Positions 25,905-37,800 of a stretch of DNA of 64,000 bases are shown piece after piece; the stretch's first letter is position 1, and every line of letters begins with the position of its first letter. The DNA is from Tubiluchus corallicola (lineage: Eukaryota > Animalia > Priapulida): positions 124,001 through 188,000 of the forward strand of contig JAQGDQ010000009.1 in NCBI GenBank assembly GCA_030141605.1. Reading direction: 5' to 3'. The notes beneath the pieces were generated by a model that did not search any database, was not told the origin of the DNA, and worked only from the letters and a program-made list of their open reading frames with translations. Both the position numbers and the translations under genes were made by a program.

Positions 25905-27312
25905 GTTCTGTTCGAGACACTATACCTGTCCTTCTACATGGCTGCGTCGTTCTGCTGCGACACTGTGTCTTCCCTTCCACATAGCTAGTTCGTTCTGCTG
26001 AGATACTGTCTTCCCTTCCACATAGCTGGTTCGTTCTGCTGAGACACTATGTCTTCCCTTCCACATAGCTAGTTCGTTCTGCTGAGACGCTATGTCTTCC
26101 CTTCCACATAGCTGGTTCGTTCTGCTGAGACACTACATCTTCCCTTCCACATAGCTGGTTCGTTCTGCTGAGACACTATGTCTTCCCTTCCACATAGCTG
26201 GTTCGTTCTGTTGAGACACTATGTCTTCCCTTCCACATAGCTGGTTCGTTCTGCTGAGACACTACGTCTTCCCTTCCACATAGCTGGTTCGTTCTGCTGA
26301 GACACTATGTCTTCCCTTCCACATAGCTGGTTCGTTCTGCTGAGACACTATGTCTTCCCTTCCACATAGCTGGTTCGTTCTGCTCAGACACTACATCTTC
26401 CCTTCCACATAGCTGGTTCGTTCTGCTGAGACGCTATGTCTTCCCTTCCACACAGCGGGTTCATTCTGCTGAGACACTATGTCTTCCCTTCCACATAGCT
26501 GGTTCGTTCTGCTCAGACACTACATCTTCCCTTCCACATAGCTGGTTCGTTCTGCTGAGACACTATGTCTTCCCTTCCACATAGCTGGTTCGTTCTGTTG
26601 AGACACTATGTCTTTCCTTCCACATAGCTGGTTCGTTCTGCTCAGACACTACATCTTCCCTTCCACATAGCTGGTTCGTTCTGCTGAGACGCTATGTCTT
26701 CCCTTCCACACAGCGGGTTCATTCTGCTGAGACACTATGTCTTCCCTTCCACATAGCTGGTTCGTTCTGCTCAGACACTACATCTTCCCTTCCACATAGC
26801 TGGTTCGTTCTGCTGAGACGCTATGTCTTCCCTTCCACACAGCGGGTTCATTCTGCTGAGACACTATGTCTTCCCTTCCACATAGCTGGTTCGTTCTGCT
26901 CAGACACTACATCTTCCCTTCCACATAGCTGGTTCGTTCTGCTGAGACGCTATGTCTTCCCTTCCACACAGCGGGTTCATTCTGCTGAGACACTACGTCT
27001 TCCCTTCCATATAGCTGGTTCGTTCTGTTGAGACACTATACTTTTCCATCTACATGGTTGCGTCGTTCTGCTGAGACACTATGTCTTTCCTTCCACATAG
27101 ATGGTTCGTTCTGCTGAGACACTATGTCTTCCCTTCCACATAGCTGGTTCGTTCTGCTGAGACACTACGTCTTCCCTTCCACATAGCTGGTTTGTTCTGC
27201 TGAGACACTACATCTTCCCTTCCACATAGCTGGTTTGTTCTGCTGAGACTATGCCTTTCCATCTACATGGCTGCGTCGTTCTGCTGAGACACTATATTTT
27301 CCCTTCCACATA
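25905..27312. repeat. 43-bp minisatellite, about 32 copies, with 129-bp higher-order structure
   Basis: Unit gagacactatgtcttcccttccacatagctggttcgttctgct; contiguous with no spacers. Confidence 0.97.
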
Positions 27313-27706
27313 GTTATTTCATTGTTTTTGCATATTGTGTCATCAGTATGACCTGTTGCACCAATTGTACAACTTACTATATGGCTTCGATCACATAATT
27401 TTATAGCTATGTCATTCGTGAGGATTACCATGCCGTTTCGTCGATGTTTGCAGTTACGCAATTCCTTTGGCACACTGTTATTGCATTGTCATAACTGCGT
27501 CGTCTTTTTCCACATGACATAGCTAAGTCGAAGGAACATTATGGACTTAGCACGTTGTACGAATGTCGTAAGTGGCACGAGCTGCCTTATCAAGGCAGGG
27601 ACATTGGGATACCAAGGCGACGGTGCTGAACTGGAATTTGTCTTATCTGGCATTTTAGGTGCTCCTGTTTTCAGTTTTCTTTAGCAATGATTTTGGCGAG
27701 TCTCTC

Positions 27707-27911
<205 letters not shown>

Positions 27912-27914
27912 TTT

Positions 27915-28760
27915 TGCCAGATGCCATAAAGCTGTCAGTAATTATTCCAATTGTAAAAAAACAAAAATAGCTACATTATAGCCATAAGTAATTACCGGCT
28001 AATAGCACTCTCTTCAATGTTAAGAAAGTGCTTTCTAGAAAAAATGTTATTGAATACAGCCATTTACTTCAGGCGACGTCAAACCAGTTTGGTTCTGTCG
28101 TGTGTTTGTATACTATGAAAGAGGTTATTGATCATTACAATTATTCAATGGGAGAGCCGTTTCACATTTTATTTTTAAATTCTTCAAAAGCTTTTGATGG
28201 GGTCTACCGATTTTGCAAATAATTATCATTCAGTTACTTAAAATATATTACTTACTTGGTGAAAGTTCATGTGATGCTCATTATTTGAAATGGTGTTCGC
28301 TAATGTGCAAAAATGTCTCTCCATTTATTTAAGGAAAAAACTCAACTTATAACTTTTACTACCCCAGTATGTGACTCTTCAATTTTGGAACAGTTACTGT
28401 AGCTGGTAACATAATTAATCTCTGCACAACTGAAAAGTACTTTGGTCATATAATCTCCAAAGATAAGCCTTATCGGGAAGATATTGATATTATAAGGTAG
28501 TGAATTATTCATTATGCTTGGTTAGACATATACGTTAAGAAAATTTTGTCATTGTTCAGATAGCGTCGAAATATAATTGTTGAATTCTCATTAATTCACA
28601 TTGTAGGATTCTTTCTATGTTTGCCTATGACATCATGGCGGTATCGTTGCAATAGTCTCATCAAGTGGAACATCATCTTTCAAAATGTAAATTCAAGTAT
28701 TCATGACTCCAGTGCTAGAGCTACTTCGGTAAATCATGATCTTGCTTATTTTACTGTTTT
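27915..28760 (+). mobile_element. decayed LINE RT fragment
   Basis: Broken frames give VIIPIVK..NYRLIALSS..K, F.N.SKAFD and EKYFGHII-like motifs. Confidence 0.6.
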
Positions 28761-29256
28761 ACACACAGGAAAATACTGTTCGTAGCACGGCATTGAATAA
28801 GACTAATGAAATTAAAAAAAACACAGAAATTATAGTCACCGCAATATTTGGCGACACTGTAGTGTGGCAAATAGGTTACTCTTGCTCGGTGCATATTTGA
28901 GTTTGTGTCAGTTATCAACTGTTTGATATAATCCCTATTATTTGTCGGTGTGTTTGACTAGACTACGGCAATAGAACTAATAACATGTTATATTAGCGTG
29001 CGACGTAAGTTTTTTTAAATTATAACTTATTCTGGCTGTTAGTTTGTTATACATTAATCGATACTTTAGGTGCTGAGCATCATTTTCAAATTGTTATTGT
29101 GTCTTTTGTACATTGTAGATATTATCAAAACATGACGGCTTGTTCTATATGAAAATACTTTTTGAGGCACTAGTCCATAATTCTTTCTCTTTGTTATACA
29201 TAGATGGCGTCAGCACATGCTTAAATGAATTCCGTGTAATATGCATAGTTAATATT

Positions 29257-29257
<1 letters not shown>

Positions 29258-29331
<74 letters not shown>

Positions 29332-29379
29332 GTAGTAGTATTATTATTATTATCATCATCATCATCATCATCATCATCT

Positions 29380-29412
<33 letters not shown>
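29258..29412. repeat. (TTA)n/(TCA)n compound microsatellite
   Basis: Visible directly in the sequence. Confidence 0.95.
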
Positions 29413-29413
<1 letters not shown>

Positions 29414-29499
29414 AGCTCTTAATTAATTAATTATGCTGAAAGTTCAAACGCACTGACAAGTTTTTGGGGGAATGTTTTTTAATGTCGAATTAACTGCTT

Positions 29500-29795
29500 G
29501 TATCTCTCTCCCACTCTCCCTCCTCTCTCTCTCTTTCTCGCTCTCTCTTTCTTTCTCTCTTTGTCTCTCTCCCTCTCTTTCTCTCACTCACACTCTCTCT
29601 CTTTCTCTTTCTCTCCTAACCGCTTTCTCTCTCTTTCTTTCTGTATGTGTCTGTTTCTCACTGTCTCTTAAAACCTTCATCCGGTTCATCATCACCATCA
29701 TTGTAATCATCACCACCGTTGTATCGCCACCATCATTGTAAACATCATCACCGTCATTATCGCCGTCAACATGTCGTTATCAGCATCATCACCAA
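29500..29795. repeat. degenerate (CT)n and (CAT/CAC)n low-complexity tract
   Basis: Visible directly in the sequence. Confidence 0.8.
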
Positions 29796-30507
29796 GCGCC
29801 AGTCACTGGTTCAAAACGCTGGCAGAACGAGCTTTTTTATTACTTTCTTTACCACGAATGTGCGCAACTGATATAATGTTTAGAATCGAGATTCGCCAAG
29901 ATTTAAGTTAGTTGTATACATTTATGTGTTTTCATTATCCAGAGTGTTATTGCTGTAGCCCATATTCTGCTGTTCATGATCATAGTTATAAAAACATTTA
30001 TTCTTGGCAGTGGTTGACCGTCTATAAATGGGCTACCTGGAAATCATCAACGTCAAACTTGTGTCACAAATATTGATTCAGTTGTCATTATGTCGCGTTG
30101 CTATAGTTACGCCACTTCTAAACAAACAATAAACATTTCATGAACGATTGTAATGCGAGTTATTTGTGGCAAAATATTTCAATAAAGGTAGCTATTGGTT
30201 TTCTTTCACACCGACGAATTAGCTGTAACAAATTTGCAAAATTGTTGTTTTCATTACCGTTTTGTTGTAGTCATCACTGTCAACTTGTTGCAAATAGTCG
30301 CCCGTGAATTGCAGAAATTTGCAGATTTACTAGCGTACTGCAATACATTACAATACAATGCAATGCAACTTACTGCAATACAATAGCAATACAACACAGT
30401 GCATAATGCAGTGAGATAATACTAATAATTAGTATATAACACTATGATAGCAGTATAAATAGGCATTTAATGTTTGAAAGCTCAACGCCATCTTCTTTGT
30501 TTTAAAT

Positions 30508-30580
30508 ATCACCATCACCACCACCACCACATCACCACCACCACCACCACCACACCACCATCACCACCATCACCACCACA

Positions 30581-30614
<34 letters not shown>

Positions 30615-30615
30615 T
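30508..30615. repeat. (CAC/CAT)n microsatellite
   Basis: Visible directly in the sequence. Confidence 0.9.
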
Positions 30616-31749
30616 TGTATGAGCAATTTCTCGTCATCTGGAAAAAATCGGTGCTAAATAGAAAAAATACGTTCTGCGTACATCTACAGTAATTGTCTTT
30701 ATTTTGGTAGATTTGATAATGCGTTATATCTAACACAATAATACTGAAGCTATTACACTGTACAATGAATTTAACTTGCGCGAAATATTCACAAATTTCC
30801 ACACATCAGTTATTATTCAAGTATTTAACATGAATTAAAGACATAGGTCCACCCATTACATATTTATCCTTTTAAGTCGAGACAATAGCTTGCTATGTTT
30901 TATTAGCAAACAAATAAATAATTAAATAAGTAATGTTTATAATAGGCACGTAAAACTAAACTTTGAAGACTAACATATAATACGATAGGTGACTAGCTAG
31001 TTAAATTATATCTCTAATTCTCTAGGTAAATTTATATGTACAATAGTTACGACTAGCATTATATTCTGTAATAGATATACATTTTCAATTTTCGAAAATT
31101 TACAACAATTAGTCAAATATATATTATATTTATATATAGTTGCTTCTTTATTTATCACATATATTACAATAATACTAGAAATGAAAGTTAATTTAATTAT
31201 ATAATACATGTATAACGCAATAATTTAGCACATTAAACTTAACTCATTGCAACTTCTGAATTTTGACTTTTGCAAATTACGAACACGCGCTTGCTACTCC
31301 CAAAAAACTTTGCAACACTTTATGCTTCGTCACAATAAACAAACTTTGTCAGTACAGTTTACAAACATAAATAATAGCACAACAGCCTATCACTAGTATT
31401 ATAATCATTGGAACGCTACTTTTGGTAAATTGTAGCTCAGATCATTATTAGTTATACCGTGAATAGCTATTTCCATTGCTGACAAGCAATAAACTTCAAA
31501 ATTCCTATTGCACCTACCCTGTTTCGTCTTTTCATTAAGATTTCTAACCTTAATTTACCTACAAAATCACAAAATTGATTTCATCTCATACAACGTTTTA
31601 TAGACTAGGCGTCTATCTTTACTAATTTACAGTCAGTCATAACAGTTGTAACACCACGCAGTAAAATCAACCAGTCTTTCTGGTACAGTCGCGCTACCTA
31701 TGACTAGTGGTCAATTCTCAATTCATCGTTTGAATCCTTCTAAACTTCT

Positions 31750-31812
31750 TCAGGTCAGAGCTTGCAATTCCATTTCACATATAACATCTTTCTTGCAACA
31801 TTGGTATCCAGC
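31750..31812 (-). CDS. NELL2: NELL exon 19 (terminal)
   Basis: cacgtag|[23 protein letters not shown]. Confidence 0.85.
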   Translation of the reverse strand, partial: AGYQCCKKDVICEMELQALT

Positions 31813-34800
31813 CTACGTGAAGAAAGAATATTTAGAACATTTAAACAGCATGATGCATAATTATAATATTTTCCCGAAAACTGCCACACTTGTGCCTAGT
31901 AGTAATAAAGAACTTCAGTCTATGTGTCAGCCAGTGTGTCCACGAACTGCTAATTCCTGCTAACATTATTAAAAAACATAAAACGTACCCTGCATTGACA
32001 TTCCATACAAGGATCTGTTTCTGAAAACCAGGTGGAGCCACCGTTATGTAACCTGTCATTGTGTATGCAAACTCTTGATATCATCGTCAAATAATCGTAG
32101 GACAATTCACACGGATCAACATCACCATAAGATTCTACACACTGTGGACAACACTGGTCAGGCGACTGAATAGTGTCCGTACAGGTCAGAGCTGGACACA
32201 ACAATGGCCAACAATCCATTTCGCCAAACTGAAAAAACAATTGAAGATCAAGCCAATGACAGACCTATCTATTATGAGTTATAATTTTTTGACTTGCATA
32301 TCGCCTTTAAGTAAAACCCTACTTGCTTTGCCAGCTGCAGTTTTCAAAATGAGAATGCTGATACTCCAACATTAATTGCATCTCAGTTTATCAAAAGATC
32401 CCCAATAGTTTCGTCGCATTAAAGGAAAGGGCAAGTCATTTAGCATGTCAGGTTTATTTTACTATTATCATATAAACTTAGGAAATATAACAAGGAAATT
32501 TGCAAAAAGTCTGTCTATAATGCATAAAGTTAATTTACACTACCCTTGCGTAGAAATTTTCAGGCATGGTGGCAGCCGCCATTTACTTGAAAATTATGAC
32601 GTCGTGGTTTTCCTAAAGCACGCACTTCTTAAACTAATTAAAAATTCTGCAGCCGACCTAATGTTCATGTAAAAATATCACAAACTTGTTATGCTTTTAA
32701 CGAAAATTGTCAGTGAGCTGTTTTTTCAGCCAACATACGACATCATTGGTGGAAGAATAGGCGTTCAAAATTGGAGTGTCCAATGATACAAATCATCATA
32801 GTTTTAAAGTAATCTTACTAATTACACGAGGCGCTTATCACACTTTTGTTACTAAATCCTTCTAATATTTTTCACGGACATTCGAATAAGCCTAACTTTG
32901 GGGAAGCTTGGTTTTTCCTTTAAATACAGCAGGCAACAAATTCTGCAACTCATATTATAACGTACAACCACCGAGAAGTTTTGTCCAACTATCACGAACG
33001 TAGAACGTATGAACTTACCAGACATTCACATTCGAAACATTTATAAATCCACCGATCACCATGGTTAAAGCTCTGCCCGGATTCTTGGTGGATGCAGACA
33101 TCATCTCTGGTACAATGTGGACAGCACAGTGGATCCATGTCAGCTTCGTTACAGTTACATTGCAGGGGTGTACAGACAGCGTGTCCTTCCTGTTTAAATG
33201 AAACATTATTTTGTGCAAACCTAATACGGTGTAAAGCATTGTCATGGTCAAGATTTCCAACAATTACATAATCTTGCAGCATATATCAAACCCAGACAAA
33301 CTGTATACTAATTTAGAAATTGAAAACACAACAAGAAAAAGTCAGTTAGCACAAATGTCTGCGATTTAAAGACACACAAAAAGACGAAACAAAACAAAGA
33401 ACACACATATACGAAAGCGTAAACACTGCACTTTTAATTGATTTTATATCACAAAATTCCGATAAACTACTTGTAGTGGACTAAGAAACGTACGATTTAC
33501 AACTATTTGCAGCGTGTTACGGTTGAGAAAATTTTGTAAAACTGTTGTGATTTTTTAACCTTTTCAGTGTCTTTACTCATTCTGTCACATATCTACTCAG
33601 CTTAGTTACACCTAGTTGTTGCTTCGACTCAACTTTCATTTCGGGTTTTTGAAAGTGTTCTTTTCTCAGTTGGCTAGATGCCTCTTGAGACGCAGAGACG
33701 TTTTCTGTGTTTTAAACACTATTTTCAGTTCATTCAACTCAAGTGGTTAATGCCTAGTTACAGAGCTGGAATTAACTCACCCAGTATGACGCAAAAAACT
33801 CTTTCCTAAATCAGTTGGCTTGAATGTGTCAAATTGTAAGGCTTACAATTATTTAAATTATAACAATATTTTTAAGTTTCAGCTTAACAGTTATATAACA
33901 TGTACGTACCAAACAAATGCAATCTTTGCAGCCTCCTATTTCTACATGCCGCCAACTTTCTTCATTGCTGTGATATTTACTGTTTACTTTGCAACCTGTT
34001 AAAACACACGAAAATGATGTTTTTGTTTATTAACTCAATAAAAAGTAGTAATTAGCTAAAAAATTTAATCAGTGTGTTTCGTAAACGATGTATTTACTAA
34101 AATTAACGTAAGGTCAACACTTTGTTTGTATTGTTCTACTTAAGATCTTTGAATTCATGTTTTTGTTGCTACCGCTTACGGGCTGCAGCGGATAGGCAGG
34201 AGAGGTGAACAGGTTTGAAATTCCTGTGCAGCAAAACATGCAAGAATCGATTGCATCAGCTGCAAAATGTTTAACTTCTTGCAAAAAACAACTTGCTCAA
34301 ACGGATTTCGAACTCAGGGCCTCGAGCAGGTTAATACAATTGCCGAAAAAAGCATATATTACGAGAGCAAAAAAATTCCTAAATTGTTATACAAATTTGT
34401 AAAAATAAATCTAATATATTTTTCGGTTTTATAAAAAAAGCCGATAGTATACAAATTGTGATATAAAAGTGAAAAATAAAAACAAAAAGTTATAATTGCA
34501 GCGGATGAAAACATTAATGCTCAATGCATGACCTTTAGCAGAAAGGTCAAAAGAGTTAACCACCTGAAATGTGTGAAGCATAATCCTGGAACATAGCAGG
34601 CCAGTCCCTTGCAACCAAGACTTGTTTAAATTCAAGATATACCAAATAATTGCAATTCCATGAAAGTCTGTAATTGCTTAATGGTAAAATTGAAATCAGA
34701 TCTTTAGAAATTTAGAAATTGTGTAAAATTGTTTACCAAAGTTACAATTTCTTTCATTTCGGCAGACACATTGGTAGCTACCATTGGTGTTTACACATTC

Positions 34801-37800
34801 CGTGGTGTCATGACAGGTATCTGAACCTTCTACACATTCATTCACGTCTGGTAATGAGAAAGCAATAATAAGAATGTTATTACAGTACAACAACGTTTCA
34901 CAAGTTGACAAGCAATTAAGGTATCATTAAAAAACCAGAAAGAAAATTTAAAAAATTTGTCATATTTTGAAGCATTTTGCCCGTGTCTTGCTCTCTGGTG
35001 TTATCAGATACCGATAGAAACAACTTACTGCATACAGAGCTACATAATGTCATTTTTCTTTTGTTTTTCAATTTTTTGCTTCAATTCGATATTTTAGGCA
35101 GTTTACCCTGTGTTTGTAATGTACAATGACTTATCGTTCAGAGAAGTACACGTTTTAAAATTAAATCGTCACATTAAAATTTTTGACGCAAGGTCCTAAC
35201 TTACTATTAAACGACTCAAGTGTTAGAATATGACACATTTGATTTGCACTTCAAATTATTTAATGTTCTATCCAAAGGGACAAAAATCGCAAAAATCATG
35301 TCGAACTGTGATAGGCGGAAGTAATCGTGATTTACGACAACAATCAGGATGTACTTTTTTGCAGGATGCATAATTTTCCTAGATTTTAGTTAAATTGAAA
35401 GTGCGGAAATTGGACCATATCATCGATACAGCAGCAACTAAAAGACCATAGAACAATAAAAAATAAGTGGCGATAACATCTGAAAAAATTCTAACAAATT
35501 AAGCTAATTAATTTTTATATTAGATTGTATTTTACCAGCGTACCTTCACAGAGAGCTCCATATTCGTTATTCACCCATTTGCTTGAAAAGCCTGGCTTAC
35601 ACTTGCACTGGTACCATCCGGGTGTGTTCACACAGTACGACGTGTTTCGACAAACGTTCAGCGGAGTATTGCACTCATCAACGTCTGCATGAGCAAAATA
35701 AATTATTATTAATTACGCAAATATTAATTACTGCTATAAACATGACTATCAAGGATTTTCCCTACGTTATGGTCATTTTGAGACCTTCGTCATTCGTGCG
35801 GGTGACTTACAATCCTTTCCGCTTGCATGTTTTCCACTTAGGAATGATGACACACGGTCAACTGTTGCAGATAACTAACTAACTTAATACCCCCTAGCAA
35901 TAGGGACAATGATATTGCATATATTCATCTATTGCAGACAACCACCTATCTTAAATTCCTTGGCAATTTAAAATTACCACACCGTTTTTGTTCTACTGTA
36001 TTCTTAAAGGAAAACAGTATGATTTTTCACATTCTACCAGATTTTGAATAATGGCAAAGCATTTCTGATAATTAAATGATACGTTGCAAATTTAAGTAAT
36101 GGCCGGCGAGCCCAACTAGTGATGACATCACAACTGAATACGATTTCCAACACCACAAACATTCCACGAGCACGTGTTAGCGAAAACGAAAATTGAAGTG
36201 CAGTGTACTGCACAACGTTCAGTGTGATATATAAGACTCAGCAAATTCTAAGTTTAAAAACTGAAGATTTCCGGCTGTGCTCACGCATGACCTTTCAAAA
36301 GTATGCACTACATCACTAAGTGGTACAGCACCTGTTTTTGTGCAACGCGTTTTCGAAATGTAGGCGCTAGTACCTGCCCAACTAGCGAGTGTAAAAGCGA
36401 AGAACTTGCTGCGAACGCGGAATAACGTTTCTGTGGTAATAATTATTTCACATAAGTCATTCTTGCAAAAATAGTATTTTCCCCTTGAATATCTTACAAG
36501 GTAGCTAGCGTTCTTAACTTATTTTGACTACAAATGATTTATTTCACATTTTTATATTTTGATCAACATACCGTCTTCACAATAACGACCTTCCCACCCT
36601 TCGGTGCACAAGCATTCATCAGGCGCAATACAGTGACCACCGTTCATGCATGGTCGATTGCAAATCGCTGAAATTGTACAAAAAGCTGATACAAAATAAC
36701 ACTTTCTATTACAGAGAATGCACAAATTACTACAAAAATTATTGAAGTCTGTTCTGAATGCAAAAAATATTGAACTTTCAGTAACTTCAGTGAAAGTGAA
36801 CCCCCTGGACTAAAAAAGAACTTAGAATTAGATTACAAAGAATCTATCTTAAGTCTGGAGTTAGTTCATGCTATTCACTAAAATAAAATACAGATTTAAC
36901 GCTTGTTTGTATCTAGAATCAGTAATCAGCGTCAGGTTTAAATCATAACTTAGATTGGATTGGTCATTCTGATAGAACCAAATTCAGTACGAGTTCATTA
37001 ACCATTCCAAATAATAAATTAAAATCCACATTAGTTGCCGAATCAAAGCAGTATTCAACTCCGCGAGTCTAACTCCAGTATAGCTTGGGTTCATATTAAA
37101 GGAAAGGCCAAGCCTTCTGTAAAGTTAAACTTTGTTCGCGAAAATGTTAGAAGGATCTAGTACTAAAAGTGCCATAAGCGCCTGGTGTAATTATTAAAAT
37201 CACTTTAAAGTCGCAATCATTTCATGCTTTTGCTGCTCCCATTTTGAACGCCCATTACTCCACCAATGACGTGGTTACTCGATTAAAGAAAAAGTAGCGC
37301 ACTATGAATTTCCATCAAAAGTATAATTAGTTTTTAAAAAAATTTAGATAGCTAAGTTTTGATATTTCTGCAAGAACATTATTTACGCTGCAGAAGTTTG
37401 AACTCAATTAAGCAGCGCGCGCTTACGAAAAAACCACGAAGTTACTTGCAGAAAGTCACGAAGTCCACCAGTTACGTCATAATTTTCGAATGAATGACGG
37501 CTACTATCAAGCCTGAAAATTTTCATAGAGCGGTAGTATAGATTAATTTTTATGCTTTATAGACATTTTTTGAGAATTTCTTTATATTTTTCTAAGAATA
37601 AGTGTGTCAGTAATTTAAACCCAATATGGTAAGTGACTTGTCCCTTCCTTTAGGATTCAGCTTGGGTTTAATTTTGATTCATTCTTCAAGCTAGACACCA
37701 ACAAAATTTCAAGAAAAAAAATGTGAAAATTTTAGTTGATGAACGTTGATGAACGTTGATGAACGTTAATGAACGTTGATGAACGTACGTTCACATGTGA

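Noticed and set aside
25905-27312. CRISPR-like appearance of the 43-bp array
   Set aside because: Units are contiguous with no unique spacers, there are no cas genes, and the context is eukaryotic
35528-35543. Alternative donor 8 nt downstream of NELL exon 14
   Set aside because: Would shift the frame relative to exon 15
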